From Rozella allomycis CSF55 (Eukaryota), in assembly GCA_000442015.1 (NCBI GenBank), contig KE560971.1:1-64000 (forward strand): a stretch of DNA of 64,000 bases. The letters run 5' to 3'. Positions 12,411 through 27,135 of this stretch are shown piece by piece. The translations under genes and the position numbers were made by a program. The stretch's first letter is position 1. Each line of letters opens with the position of its first letter. Under the pieces are notes generated by a model, which saw nothing but the letters and a program-made list of their open reading frames with translations, was not told the origin of the DNA and ran no database searches.

Positions 12411-12938
12411 CTAGAAGTAAATATCTTTGATGTGTAAGGTAGCCATGAAATCCTTTTTAAGAATTCTTTATAAACTTACAGTACAAAATTGAGAAATTTT
12501 GTCCGTATTGATTTCTGATAAACCAGACAAGAATTTCAAAAGTCTTTTGTTTAATTTTCTCATGCAATCATGCTGACTGTATGGGATCTATAAAAGTTTA
12601 ATCTTAGTTGATTACTTCATCTTTCTCTGCTTTGTCTAGAACCTTGACATCGTATTGCTCATGGTCCTTGCTGATTATCACTTTTCCGTACGTGAATTCA
12701 AGAATCTCAAAGCCTTCAATAAATCTGGATGCATTAAACTTGTTTATCTCATCTTTGATCTTTCCTGTATGTTCTGCTTGAACCTTTCCACAACGTTTGA
12801 AAAAAGTTTTTTTACTTTGTTAGCCTATACCTACAAGAATGCAAAAAAACATATTTACCCAGCTTCAGTCAAATTCTGAAAAGAATCCTGCAAATAATGA
12901 GCGTTGTCTACAGTGAGGAAACTGTAATCGATTTTCAT
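12411..12938 (-). CDS. Small hypothetical protein, multi-exon
   Basis: Two canonical ~27-nt introns join the 3' exons in frame; the 5' intron structure is ambiguous. Confidence 0.45.
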
Positions 12939-12966
12939 ATTGAAATTTCTAGAACAAAATTATTCC

Positions 12967-14112
12967 ATGTCAAAGTAACGAATATTTACATATTTAAGCG
13001 GCAGGGACACACAGAAAGATGTCGTGAAAAAAACTGTAGGTTCTGAATTTCTTTGTCGCCCCAGATATACCAATACACTTCCTGCTATTTCGATTCCTCC
13101 TAGACACTTGGTAATTCCAGTGGACTATTCATCGCTTATTGAATATCAACTGACAGACATTGAAAGAGAATACGTGCATCCGATATTCTTAAACGATCCC
13201 TTGGCAGCAATACCAATCGACTCTCTAGAGTTTGAATATTGGAAAAGTCAAAATGGTGCTCTTGAAAAAGAAGACGAAGAATTAATAGCAGATATTTCGC
13301 TAGATAGAAAACGTATTTCTAGGCCAGAAGTTTCTTGGCTGAGAAGGACAGAGTATATATCATCGGAAGTGAATAAATCACGAAGTAATAGAAAGTAGAG
13401 ATTGATTTTACTCTACATGAATTAGGTCTACCAGGAAAAGCTTGGTGGAAGAAACCATTAGCGAAGATCAAAAACGAACAATCATTGCCAGTTCGTTTGA
13501 TAAAAAGGAACTAAAACACCCAACAAAGCCTCATTTGAAAGTTGTTGAAGATTTACCTTTGTACCCTGATTTGATTTTTTTTGGCCAAACATTCTCTCGT
13601 TGCTTTTTTGACGATTGCCCTAATTTCAAAGTCCAAGTAAGGATTATTTATTTGGCACATTCAAGAAAGGGGATGATCCAGAAAATAGTGAATTTAGAGA
13701 TATTCAAGGTGAAAACGGTATCTTACGAGGAGTGACAAATCCTAATGACCCCTCTGATCAATTTTTGGCATTTTATCTACCATCGGAAACATTTTTGAAA
13801 GATCAAGTAGCTAAAGTAATACCACGAATTTTTAAATAGAAGGACGAAAAATATCTTCTTATCCGTGAGTACGATTTTCAAGCGGCAGAAAACGATCCAA
13901 AGTTTGCCTTTATTTTTCACGGGGACAAAGTTACTTACTTTACTGTTGACTCACGAATAAATTTGAAAAAGAGAAGAAAAGTTGTAATTTATCATGAAGT
14001 TATCTTATATTAGAGGAATGGTGATAATATGGAGGTCGACGAGGATTTGCCCAAAGTAATTCAAGTTTCGCGAGCCAAAGATGGCAAATTCATTGATGAA
14101 AATGAAATTTAA
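12967..14112 (+). CDS. PAF1: RNA polymerase II-associated factor Paf1
   Basis: EFLCRPRYTNTLP, VSWLRRTEYISSE, LKHPTKPHLKVVEDLPLYPD; five micro-introns. Confidence 0.88.
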
Positions 14113-14349
14113 ACAGATTATTTATAGAATGCTGGAAATAAATAATAATTTCAATTGTTTTAAAAAGTTGTTGGTAAAGTTATCTTAAATGAATTGATTA
14201 ACCTAACGCAAATGGATGATGCACGAAAAAATCTATTTTTTCCCTACTCTTCTTGAATCTTTTTAGTGTTAAAGCATCAAAGAATATAAGATAGTCAGAA
14301 GCTGATATTTTTCTGAATTCACTAGATTATCTTCTCGAATTTTCTTAAT

Positions 14350-15296
14350 ATGGTCGATTATTCCAAGTGGGACAAAATTGAATTACTTAGTGACTCCGAT
14401 GAGGAGCAGCATCCCAATATCGACAAAAATCTGATGAAAAGGTTAACGAAAGAGAAAAAACTTCGAAAAAGACATGAAGAAGAAATGCAGCTAAAGAAAG
14501 TCAATGAAGAACTTGAAAGGTTGAAGGCGCAAGTTTCCTCAGCTTCTGAAGAAGATAGACAGAAACTCTCCAGTGAAATTAAAATAATCGAAAAGAGAAT
14601 CCAGGGATTAGAAAAAAACAAAAAGATTGATGAATCTACCATGTGCAAAGAAGGATTCTCAAAGACAGTAACTCAAATGAATACACAGTAAAGTAGATAA
14701 TGTCTAAACCTAAAGTTACTGAAAAGCCAGAGCCAGAGATTGCACAGGTAGAGGGAGATGAAGAGAAACTGGAGCAAGACATGGACGAATATGTAAAGAA
14801 TATGGAGTTACTTGCGCACCAACTGGCATCAAAAATTCATGACTACGATCTTGCCTATGAGTTCATCAAGGAACATCCGGAGATTGTTTGTGAAGAAACG
14901 GTTTCATATATGCTTTTACACAGTTCTGATTCAATTAAAAAGCATAAATATTCAAACAGCAAAATGTACTTGAAAACCAGCCAAGTCGTCAAATATTGTT
15001 TAGAATTGGGAAAAGATGGTATTTTCATGTTTTTTCACAAGTAACACATTTTGATATGAATTAGTAGGATGAAAAATAGTGAAAAACCTAGGAAAGTTTT
15101 TGAAGAGGAGGTCACGGCTTATTGGGAAAGAATCAAAGAAAAAGTCACTGAAATGCAGGCAGATAAGAAAAAGAGGAAATTGGCAAAATGGAATTCCAGG
15201 AAAGAAAATGGTGTCGAAGTTCCAGAAAACTACGAAGATGTTTCTACTGATGAAGATTTTTTTGAAGATCACATGAAAACTGTGAAATCTCAATAA
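14350..15296 (+). CDS. CDC37: Hsp90 co-chaperone Cdc37
   Basis: N-terminus MVDYSKWDKIELLSDSDEEQHPNID; QVVKYCLELG..FF; two introns. Confidence 0.85.
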
Positions 15297-15329
15297 ATTA
15301 AGCTTTGACCAGGGTATTGTTATATTGTG

Positions 15330-16981
15330 ATGTCAGACGAAGATGATGCCCCATATTTTGTTTTAGTGACAACCTATTTGAGTTATCTTATTTTAATATT
15401 ATTCGGACACGTTAGAGACTTTTTTGGCAAACGTTTTCGAAAGCATGACTATTCACACTTAATGGATTCAAATGTAACCAATAAGATATAAAAGGAAAGG
15501 GATTCGCGCCCTTAACAAGCGATTTTGAAAGTTTTTATACCCGTAGATTATACACTCGAATTCGAGATTGCTGGAACCGTCCAATTACGAAGGTGCCTGG
15601 AAGAACCATTCACCTTTTAACAAGAGAATCAAAAGATTTTAATAAGACTTTTAATTTGACTGGAAAAGTTAATGAGGTTCTTAACCTAAGTTCATACAAC
15701 TACCTTGGCTTTGCGTTAAATTCCGGACCATGTGCGAATGCTGTTGAAAAGACACTACGAAAATACTCCATAAGTGTTTGTAGTCCCAGATCTGAAGCAG
15801 GTAGATTAAAGTTTGTAGAATAATCAGGAACAATGGACATTCATAGGCAGGCAGAGGACCTGGTTTCAAGTTTCATTGGAAAGGAGGATTCTATGATAAT
15901 ATCCATGGGGTTTGCAACTAATTCTACTGTTATTCCATGTCTTATGGAAAAGGTATAATGTTACAGTATCCCCGATTCAGAATTGCTTAATTATTTCTGA
16001 CGAACTGAATCACGCTTCTCTTGTTTTTGGATGTCGATTATCAGGAGCCGCAATTAAAGTTTTTCGACATAACGGTATATAACTTTGTTTTGGCACACAG
16101 ATATTCGAAATCTTGAGGAAGTTCTTAGTAGTTCGATTGCGCAAGGTCAACCGCGGACTCATCGGCCTTGGAAGAAAATACTGGTAGTCATTGAAGGGAT
16201 TTACTCCATGGAGGGTTCAATAGTGAAGCTAGCTGAGATCGTTGCATTGAAAGATAAATACAAGGTAACATGTTCGTGATGTTTAAATAGTTTTACTTGT
16301 TTCTAGACGAAGCCCATTCCATTGGTGCATTAGGGCCAAATGGTCGTGGTGTCTGTGATTTGCTTAATGTGCCAACAGATAAAATTGACATCATGATGGG
16401 AACATTTACAAAGAGCTTTGGTGCGGCAGGTGGATACATTGCGTCTTCTAAAGTAATTTCTGCAAATATTATTGTTTAGAAAATAATAGATCATTTGAAG
16501 ACAAGTTGCCATGCTCATTTGTACGCTGAACCAATTCCGACACCAGTTGTGCAACAGATAATTACATCCATGAAGATAATTATGGGGCTGGACGGTACAG
16601 ACACAGGTAAAAATATGACATTATTCAACAATTTAAGGAGCAAAATTGCTTTCTTCAATTTATCGAAATTCTAAGTACTTTATGGGAAAGCTGAAAGATA
16701 AAGGGTTTATTGTATATGGAGATGAGGGATCACCTGTTGTCCCCTTACTCTTATTCAATCCGGCTAAAATACCTGCGTTTAGTCGCGAATGCCTGAAAAG
16801 GGGTATTGCGGTTGTTGTTGTTGGCTACCCGGCAACACCAATAATTACATCCAGAGTTAGATTTTGTATATCTGCGGCGCACACCAAAGAAGATTTAGAT
16901 TTTGCTTTGAGTGTAATAGATGAGGTTGGAGATCTTTTACAGCTCAAGGTTGGTAAAAATAGAAAAATAAAGATTTTCTAA
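15330..16981 (+). CDS. LCB2: Serine palmitoyltransferase subunit 2
   Basis: [29 protein letters not shown] and PLP-lysine motif [12 protein letters not shown]; seven introns of 26-31 nt. Confidence 0.95.
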
Positions 16982-17068
16982 TCTGATTTAATTAAATAGT
17001 AAATGGATTTCTTAATTTGTTTTACTTGTCGCCAAAGCAATACAATAGTAATCGAGAGGCCAATTTAT

Positions 17069-20029
17069 TTAATTCACTAAAGAAATCAATCTAGGGTCGT
17101 TCTTTAGCTTCTTGTCTAAATTTACGTACCTTTCAGGGGCAGATTCTTTGTGCTATATCATGCGATATAGATAAACTTACTTTGGCAAGACGCTTTTCTA
17201 ATATCTGTATTCTGAACATAGATTCCTTGCAAAAAGACATGTAAGATTCTGTTTCTTCCAGAGACATATTGTCTTGGTTTTTTTGATATGATTGCTGGGC
17301 TTTTTGAAGGGCGTTAGTTTCTTCATCCAATCTCTTTTGAATAATATTCGCCTTTTCAATCAGCCTTTCTTTTAAGGACTTTAATGCCGAGTCTTTGACA
17401 GCCATCGCATCATCTTTAGTTAAAGAAGATGTATTCTATCTCTTAACAATGATAACTTAATACGTAGCTAACAAGAAATGGAGAGAGATAATCAAGCTTG
17501 TTAGGTCCTTGGATATGGAACGGATCTTCTTTATCCTTTTTCAAACTTAATCTATGATTTGAATCAAATAGAGTTTGCTAGTGTAACAATACAAAATATC
17601 ATACATCATTTTTCCCTCTAATTCTGTCGTAAACCGATATGGTTAATTGGACATCTTTTTCTTCACTATTTCGCGACTAATTTAAATTTATTCGGTTTTG
17701 GTACTTCAATTATTTCTTGAAGTTCTTTTTCAGCCAAATGAACAGCTAACAAGCACTGTTGCTCCGCTTTAATCAACTGAAGGATCAATGAATAGAGATA
17801 TTGTTTTTTGGGAGGAACAGCGTATGGATCAATGTCGTAAAATGTAACTAGGTCATTTATATTTAGTTTTTGGTTTTGCTCGGTTGGCGGTTTTCTGACG
17901 TCAATGTACGATCGAACAATTTTATCCTTTTGAAGATAAAATGAAACCCTAATTTTCTCCTCCTTTAGAAAAAATGATTTCTTGTAGATATTTTCAAGTG
18001 GAGACGCGTCGGGCTTTTGTGAAAATTTTTCTGTTATTTTAATCATTTCCCCACGAGAATTAGTCTCTGGATTTTCTTCAAATGTTACGCTCCTGTAAAT
18101 AAGCAAATCATCTCGATCTTGAAAATGTTCAATCGTCTAAAACAATTCTGAAAATAGAAACTACTTTTCTAGGCGTTTCTATTCGCTTTAATAATCCATC
18201 ATGTCTCGCTGAGGCATAAAAATGCATTTCTTTCATTTTAGAATTCATAATGACTTGTCTCCTTAGAGCATGTAACCTCCCCCGCTCGAAAAATTCAATT
18301 ATTTCCATTGTTTCCATATTTCGCTGTCTCTTAACCAATTTGTCCCTATATTCACATTAATTGACATTTACTTTCTCTTAGAAAAGAACTCTTCAATAAC
18401 GCTTTTCTTCTTTTTCTCTTCATCTGAAAATCTAATCACCCTAAAGATCATCCCATCTTTTCTAAAATAATCCCCATAAGTTTCCTTTTATATTTTTAAG
18501 AAATTCCTCCTACCGTTATCGCATTTTGATAATAAGCAACTTTTCTTCCAGTGGGACATCTAGCTTCATATCTTTCTTGTGGAATCTCCAGTGGATCTAC
18601 CCAAGACGGTGGAAGGTCTACTTCGTTGGAGACTAAGTTATTCTCATCTTCATCATCAGACATATTCGCCTCATTTTCTTTGGATCTGAGATTTGTATTA
18701 AATGTTATTCCTGGCTGAGAATTTTCTAAAAATAGAAACTCCCATTTCGTATTGTCGCCCAAATCAAAAGACACGCCCTTTAATCCATCAATACAAACCT
18801 GCATGTTCACCCAATAATTCAAATTGCTAAAAACACTCTCAACTCCTAAATATGCTGAGTGATCAAGTGGATATGTTTTCCCAGTCGTTGGCTCAATGAA
18901 TAATGATTCTGCGATTTCTCTTTTTCCAGCTAGCAGTAAAACCCAGCAATGAATTCTAAGACCTCTCAAGTCATCCTGTTCCCTAAGAGATTTTTGTCTG
19001 GCTAATTCTTCTTCCCTTTCTCTCAATTGTTTCTCTTCTTGCTCTTTTCTTATTTTTGATAGTTTTTCGTTTTGCTTTACTATAAAATCACTTTTTAGCT
19101 GCTTTGGAGGCTTTAATTTATATTTATTTGCGGACAAGTTTTCTTTATTATCGTTTTTATCTTCCAAAAATGTTTCCAGGTCTTTGGATTCATCCCAAAT
19201 ATTTGCATACAATCGGCTGGAAACTTCATCCCTGACATTTTCAAATATTTTGGAGTCATCAATTAGTGTTATATCTTTCGTAGCATAACCGCTCACTACA
19301 TAAGCGTCATAGCCTACACCACGCAATAAGGATGCAAGCAGCACTGAATAGTCAAAACAGTTTCCACTCTGGACTTTCAATGTAAACGTTGGAGAGGGTA
19401 GTTTTTCAGGCTATCTCATTTCATGATAACTTTTACTAAATCGTAAGGTGGATCGAGGGGTTCATATGACAAATAGTCAGCCACAAACTTTGCACATTCT
19501 CGGTAGTCATATAAATCTTTGTATGGTAAAGATGTGGGCCTTATAGTGGAGCAAACAAATTTCTATCTTCTCATGCACATATTCTTACATTAATATTGAA
19601 TTCATTCTTCATGATCAAAAACAGATCTTTTCGATGTGGATACAACTGTTTATATTGTCTTACAAAATTTTCAACGATATCCAATACTTCTCCTTCTTTT
19701 TGAGAATTGGAGCTGTAGCTGGGATTGCACTTTGAAGGGTCGGCGGTTAAGACTTCTTTAACCATTTGAAAATACTCATCTTGTGATTTACTTAATGGCA
19801 ATTCAGATTCTTCTTCCTTATTAATCACCTTTTCATTAGTGGATTCTAATGCCGTCGGATTTACAGCAAGTGACTCTTCTGTTGGATCAGATTCTGCAAT
19901 CTCTTTTTGTTCAGGATTAACCTCATTTTGCAGTTGTTGATCGGCCATCATATTAGGCGTAGTTGATTGTTCAAGAAGTTCGTGTTCACTCTGCCCTTGG
20001 TTCATTTCAGTTTGTTCCTCACGATCCAT
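17069..20029 (-). CDS. DRC7: Dynein regulatory complex subunit 7 (CCDC135)
   Basis: Transglutaminase-like GNCFDYSVLLASLLRGVGYDAYVVSGYA, GLRIHCWVLL..FIEPTTG, C-terminal LKERLIEKANIIQKR..FRIQILEKRL. Confidence 0.9.
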
Positions 20030-20110
20030 TTGCTTTGTTTACTATATTTTACATGACAACACTAATACTTGTCTTTGAATCCATTCATAAACGTCATTTA
20101 TTTAAATAGT

Positions 20111-20630
20111 TCATTTTCTTTTACTAATTTTATGGGGAACCTCAGTTAGACTTGCAGATCTTAGGTATGGTCCCAATTTAGTTACAATCGCGTAGATGGC
20201 ATATGTAGGAATCTAATTTGACAAACGGCGTATAATTACCAAAAGATAAAAGTACCAAAAGTTATCGTGAAGAATTGTTGTGACATGGACAAACCAAGTA
20301 ACGTAAATAACATCAAACATGTATCTTTTAGATAACTTAATTTAAAGCTTACTGCACTAATCCATCATCATTCAAGTTATAGCCACCGTGTAAGATATCG
20401 CCTTTCGAGTTATATTCTGGTTTAGCCATAGACTTCAGTTGATAAAAAAGTATTAAGCCAATCGAACCAGTGACAGAATACAAAACAACGTGAGAAAATT
20501 TCAAAGATGAGTAAAATACGATGAATCGAAAAAATATGTGAAGAGCGTTAGCTAGTATAAATCCTTTCTTTAGAAATACAACTGTCTTTTCATTTTCTTG
20601 CACAGTTTTCTTTGCTGAACCTTTCGCCAT
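20111..20630 (-). CDS. SND2: TMEM208/SND2 (DUF788) ER membrane protein
   Basis: MAKGSAKK..EN, MAKPEYNSKG..GGYNLN, YMFDVIYVTWFVH. Confidence 0.85.
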
Positions 20631-20683
20631 GAAATTTTGAAATTTGGTAACTAAACGTTAAAGAGAAAAATCAATTTATTAAT

Positions 20684-21455
20684 CTAAACGGTTTGCATTT
20701 CTAAATCCATCCTTTCTGAATTTACATCAACCTGTAAAGGTTCAACATTTTCGTCATTAACATCCTCTTCCATTTCTTGGTCGGACGCTGTCAAATCGAC
20801 TTCTTCAGAGCCATCTTCTTCGTCCTCTTCTTCTTCTTCTTCCTCAGCTTCATCTTCATCGCTTATAAGCCCATCATCTTCCATAAAATTACCCTCTTCT
20901 TCATTGACAGTGACATTTGGAATTTCATCATCACCATCCCAGGGAATAGCAAAGCGCGTTACTCGAGGTTGGTCAGCAAGAATTGTACGTTGTAAAAGGG
21001 ACATGTCGATATTTTCAGGTGGATTTTCCCTCAACTCTTCAGACGCATAATCAGTGTTTGTGTAATAACCTACACGTACAAATTCCCGATTCTTATAAGA
21101 GCAAGTAATTAAAACCACTGTAACACCAATCAATTCCGATTTAGGAATAAGAGATAAATTTGGGGGATCAGCCTAGAATCACACCAAGGAAAAAATGTTA
21201 CTTCAAAAACAAATTTGTTAACACCAACGGGAACAGGGCCAACCATTATAGAATCCAGGACTTGATCAAGTTTTTCATCTTCAGCAGAGCCTACATATAT
21301 TATCTTAAACTCTAAATCTACGAACAGGTCAGGGAGTAGGTTTTACCTGATTCAAGATTGGAGAGACATTCAAAAGTTATTTCAAACTGCAGGGAATCAG
21401 TAATAGAAGCAGGATTGCTTAATACGTTGATATTTGTTATATTCACAATGGACAT
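20684..21455 (-). CDS. ASF1: Histone chaperone Asf1 with acidic tail
   Basis: [56 protein letters not shown]. Confidence 0.95.
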
Positions 21456-21611
21456 AAAATCAATACGAAATTTACAAAAAGCAAGTAAATCTTTCCTTTA
21501 TAATCGTGTGTGTTTGATAATAAAAACAAAAAATGACGCATCATTTTTTCAGCATTAGCTACAAACGTTTGATCCTTTTATTTTAATAAATTTCGTAAAC
21601 AATTATTGAGA

Positions 21612-24409
21612 ATGTCCGAAACAATTGACGACATACCTGATGTCAATCAAGAGAATAATGAGGATACCAGTACATTAAAAAATACTGCCGAAGATTTGAT
21701 CAAAGAGGACGAAACAGTCATTGAAAAACCACAGCTTGTGCATGAACGACAGGTTGAGCCTGAAAAGCCAATTATAAAAATGCGCCGTAAAAGCTTTGCA
21801 GTGTTTCCAGAACAATGCGAAGTTTGGGAATTTACCTCCACAACACTAAATTTGTTTCAAATTGAATACCCTGTACCGCGCGATGGCGAAGTAGAAGCCA
21901 ATGATAAATTGATATATCATTTTATTCCATTACCAAATATTATTGCTGATGTAAGTGCAAGAGGTATACTGTCTGACTTTTCCAAGAAAATGAAAAAGAT
22001 ACTTGTATGATATTGTAATATTCTTTGTATAGGATAGCAAAATGGATGAAATACTGATATCATATCAATCATCAGGACAAGGAAAGTATTATTATGACGT
22101 GTATTTGCACCCGGAAGCGGTGGACGCATTCTGTAACGAATACGGTTTAATTCCGCATGTTTCAAAATCATTGAAAAATGATAAAAATAAAGGATGGTTG
22201 AGCCTTGGAACGGAAAAAGAAATCGACGAGGAAAAAGTATTACAAACTTTGCCTTTGGTAAGAGGGTTATAACAATATGAAATAGAATTCATTAATGTTA
22301 TCGAAAACAAGAAGGAAATTTAGTCAACCTTATCAATTTCATGATAAGGATGCTGAAGATTCGTATGTTGAAGGGAAAATGGCAAAGATTGAAGGAAATG
22401 AAACGTTTTGGATTCAAAGAAATATAGGAATTCAGTCAGCAGCGGGGTATAAAAATTCAGATTGCCAAACAACTTGGAATAGAAAAGTTAACTTTTCCTG
22501 CCAATATGATCCTGCAGCGAAGGAAAACGTTGCGGAAGACCTAGAAAACCCACAATTGATCACCTTTTTGGATTCGTCTTTAAATATGTAAAAAATATTT
22601 AAATATGGGAAAGATTTAATCAATCCTTAACTAAGAATTTGCTTTCCAATATTACGAGAAATGAATTTTTGAAGCTAGGGGAAGACGACACTGGAATTGA
22701 ACAGGGGTCTCAAATTTTGTTACAGGTAACAAAGTCAAAGACAATATATAGGAATATCATTCATTTACAGATCTGAAACATTCAAAGGATCGATCTATTT
22801 CTTGCGTCGATTGGCATCCCAATCAACGCGGGGTTGTTGGAGTCTCTTGTATTCAAAGATGCACTTTAGATGAAAAACTAGATTTGGGATATCACGCTAA
22901 ATCTAAACAATCCGTATTGCTTTTATGGAATTTCAGTGATCCGATCAACCCTCAATTGATCCTTGAAGGACCAGATGAAATTACAGCATTCAAATTCAAT
23001 CCATCTAACAGTAACATCATAGTTGGTGGCTGCAGTAATGGCCAAGTAAGATATTATTGTCGTTTCTAAAAGATTGTGGTTTGGGATATTTCTGAATTTA
23101 AAGACAAGCTATCTAAAAAGAAAAAAGGAGGTGAAACAATAAACCAACCTAGAAATGATAAAAATGAACTATCCGTTGTTCGCCATGTTGCGACATCTGC
23201 TATTGAATTCAGTCACAGAGGATCAGTCACAGATATTTCATGGGTTCCAAAGACTATTGAAGTAAAATTCATAAAAGATTCTAAAAGGTCTTAAATACGG
23301 GAGATTTAATAGATTCTACAGAAAATCAAGATTTCAATCAATTTGTTTCAGGGTCTCTTGATGGACAAGTTTTCTTTTGGGATTTACGGTTTAGAAAAGA
23401 GGTTAAGATGTTAGATTTATGTTGGAGGCCATTTATTAAAGTTCCATTAACAGCCATGGATAACACATTTGATTATGGTTGTACTAAAGTTTGCATTGCT
23501 TTCCGTTCACCGTCATTATTGAATTTGAAGGGTTCAGCTCCAGGAAACTTAGACTTTAATGTCTCCGATAAATCAATATTATCAAAATTTTATTGTGGCA
23601 CTGAAGAAGGCGACTTAATTTTAGTAGACTGGACGGAAAAGAAAGCAGAAGAAAAAGGTATGTTTAAACTTTCTTTTTATTGAAGCCTCAAGAGTTGAAT
23701 TTTCCTGGAATTCACATTATGGAACAATCTCAGACATTCAAAGGTCGCCCTTCTTTCAAGACATAATTCTAAGCGTTGGGAATCGATACTGGCATATTTG
23801 GAAAGAAGGTTTATTCGTAATCTATCAATTTTAAAAATATTTAAGACATCTCCTATTCTTTCTTCACATCTTTATAATTCAGATCTTGTTGCTACCCAAT
23901 GGAGTCCCACGCGCCCAAACGTTTTCTTTGTTGCTCGAGCAGACGGCTATCTTGAAGCATGGGATATCGTCGATCGATCCAATGAACCTTCTCTTCTCCA
24001 AAGCATTGCTACTTCTGGATTAACTACAATGACTCTTCATGTTTACTCTTCTACAACTGGAAGTCAATTACTGGCATGTGGGGATGACACAGGGACTCTA
24101 CACATACTGCAAATCCCTAAAATGTTATGTAGAACAGGAAGAAATGAAAAAGCTATGTTCAAATTATTTCTTGAAAGGGAAATCAAGCGAGTGTATTACG
24201 TAGAAGAAGAAAAGGTTCTTATGAACGCAGAAAAACAAAATCAACAAGCGCAGGCGGCGATTGGAGTTGAAAAGGTAAGAAATTATTAAAAATAAACATT
24301 TAAGAAAGAAAAAAATGACGATTCAATAGATTTAGATGACGAAAATATGGAAAAGACTTATTCGGCGCTAGAAAAAGAGTTTATGGAGCGAATCTCGGCA
24401 ACTGCCTAA
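21612..24409 (+). CDS. WDR63: Axonemal dynein intermediate chain WDR63/DNAI3 (IC140-like)
   Basis: LLWNFSDPINPQLILEGPDEITAFKFNPSNSNIIVGGCSNGQ, WD40 repeats, WSPTRPNVFF. Confidence 0.88.
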
Positions 24410-24453
24410 ATAAATTAGTGCCTATTTTTGAATATTTATTTAAATCAATATTC

Positions 24454-27135
24454 TTATGCCCTTTCTAAAACAGTCGCATAGAAAGATCCCTCTTCCATTT
24501 TATTGCGATTCTGCTCATTTATATTTATCGATTCAATTTCCTCAACAAGCTCTGCTGCTTCTCTATTGATCATAGCCTTGGCTTGGTCTAAACATTTAAG
24601 GTCAGGACTCACAGGTCTAACTCCGTCTAGCGCTAACTCCCTTTCACATTCAAGCCAAGCTTCCCCCAGTTTTAAATCAAAAAAATGTGAAATCTATTTT
24701 TAAAGGAACCAATACTTACATTGTACAACACCGCCTTTTGATGGGCGTCAGCAAGTTCCATCAACTTTAGAGGTCCGATCTTGCAAAATATACCATATAA
24801 TTTAAACTAGTCCAGAGAGAACAATTAAAATACTCTTAAATCATCCAGGAGTTCGTCAATAACTTTAGAATCCTTTTCGAAATCTTTAACATTTAGTGAT
24901 GCGTTTCTGGCCAGAACCATTTTTGCCACAGCAAGGTTGTTTACTAACAATAAAAAATAATCGTATTACATCGTGTTTTTGATTCTGATAGCACCCAAAG
25001 ATCAGTTAATAAATGTAACACATTTCTGTTTAGTGATGTCCTGCTTCTCCACTGCAATACATGATTTATTGCCTAATAATAAAAAAAATCAAGTAAATAT
25101 ACAGTTTGAGAATACAATAAATCTAATAGGCATCCACAAGCGTGTCTTTGAACAATAAATGTGCAATCTTCAATTGCGTCAAGTAATAAGCTCATTCCTA
25201 TAAAATAAGTCACATAATGTTACCATTGAATTCTAAAAATCGAATGCCATTCACTTCATTATCCATACATGCGCTCCACAAAGTATCGATTGCAGGTATA
25301 AGCACAGTTTCCGTCTCGTTTTCATTCAAGCCTCTGAAACTATCTTTACTACTTACAAGAATTTCTACCCTAAAAATTTAACTACATGCCGAAACATTTC
25401 ACAGCTTCCAAGTTGAGTGGACTTGGATGGGTCTTTTTCGAGCACCAATGATAAAAGCATTAATACTTTGGAGTTATTTTCAAGAGTAAAATATTGGGAT
25501 TTCGGAAGAATATCTATAAATTTTGAATCTAACACATACCCAGGCAAATTGTAAACATCCCTCGGAACACTTCCTGGTCCATAAAATTCATGCTGCATAA
25601 AATAAACAATGTGTCATTCATAAAGCCCTGAAAAATTACCTCATCTGGATCTTTTTTATCATAGAGGTCCAATGTTATATTGGAAAGTCCAATCGCGAAA
25701 TCACAAAGAATCAAAGCTTGGCTGGGATCCAACAACTCCAAGTGGCACCCCAAAATAATCAAAAGCTACTTTAATTTAAATAAGTTGGAGAACCTTTTTG
25801 ATTATGGAGAATAACCTTTGATGAAGAACAAAGCCATTGGTGGTTATAAAATCACAAACCAGTTCAATAACGCGTTCCTTAGGATATCCTGTACATGAAA
25901 TAGAATTCTGACTTGCTTCACAAAGCAATGTGAAAAGATTATATGTATACTGATAATGTATTGGTTTCCATTGATCATATATTTTGCAAAGAGCATCCAC
26001 CTGATTTATGACCATATTAATTGTGCCGTTATCAACCAAGTCAATAATGAGATTCTCATTTTTATAACATAAAAGATTAAGAATCATAATAAATTCTATA
26101 ATTTGATGTCTATGAATTTCATTTATGCGCGGCATTAGGAACACTGGGTCAAAGTTATTTTGAAGGTATTTTTGAATAACAGTGATGTTAATCTAATGGA
26201 AATAAAATATTCAAGGTTACGGGATTACAAAAGTCTTGGAAATCTTTTTCTAACAATGAGACACGATCGAGCAGTACCCATAAACTAGATATCGTTAATT
26301 GGATACTTGCGTCGCTGTGACATTGAGTAAGCACATTTAAATAGAAACTAACTAGATTTTCTTTAACAAACATTGATTTAACAAGTTACGAGTACAGGCG
26401 CTCGGTAAAGCTGTACCATCTTTGTACTTTATCATTGCATATAATGATTGAAGAACATGATAAAAATCCTTGTCTTTCAAGTCTGATATTTGCAATAATA
26501 CGGTCGCAATATATTGATCAATAAAATTTCTTTATGTTGCATAAATAATTGACTAACTTTTTGTCAAGACATTCAAAAAGAATCTTATACGCAGAATCCG
26601 TTATTGATTTTGCTTCAAACGCCTTTTTTTCTTCAAACTCGTTTAACTTGTCAATAAAACTTATGAGAAACTATATTTTTCGGTATAGTATAGTACCTTT
26701 GCTGAACACATCAATAACTCTAATTCCATTCCACATTTTATCCTTGAAAGATATTTGCTCATCATTGTAAAGCAATCTCTTAAAAAACTTAAGTTTTCAA
26801 GATCTTTCATCGACCTGATAGATAGGCAACTACGTGAACCCTAGTTGCCCTTCATACCTCCATGTATCCAATAACTTTATTGTCGCGCGCTTTAAATTAA
26901 TATCATTCATAAAATCATCATCGTTTAATAATTTTTGAATTTTGACTAAGTGCATTAGTTCTTCCCTATCCTCGTATACCAAAGATTATTTTGGTACCAA
27001 AACAGTGTTTTCTCGTTTAGCCTTCCATAGTTTATTTATCATGGAAGCAATCCTGTCTTTATGTAATTTATAGATGGAATCCGTCAAATGTTTCTCTATT
27101 TTTTCGTAATTGATTTGCCGTTCAGAATTCTGCAT
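24454..27135 (-). CDS. CFAP69: Cilia/flagella-associated protein 69-like (ARM-like)
   Basis: AIDTLWSAC..FLEFNGMSLLLDAIE and FFDLKLGEAWLECERELALDGVRPVSPD resemble CFAP69; about 12 micro-introns join in frame. Confidence 0.7.

Noticed and set aside
15330-16981. Stop-codon reassignment to explain fragmented ORFs
   Set aside because: In-frame stops fall inside 25-31 nt introns, many not multiples of 3, and genes end normally in TAA, TAG or TGA.
26825-26849. Hairpin ggcaacta..tagttgcc at a CFAP69 intron end
   Set aside because: A single short inverted repeat, not seen at other introns; likely chance.
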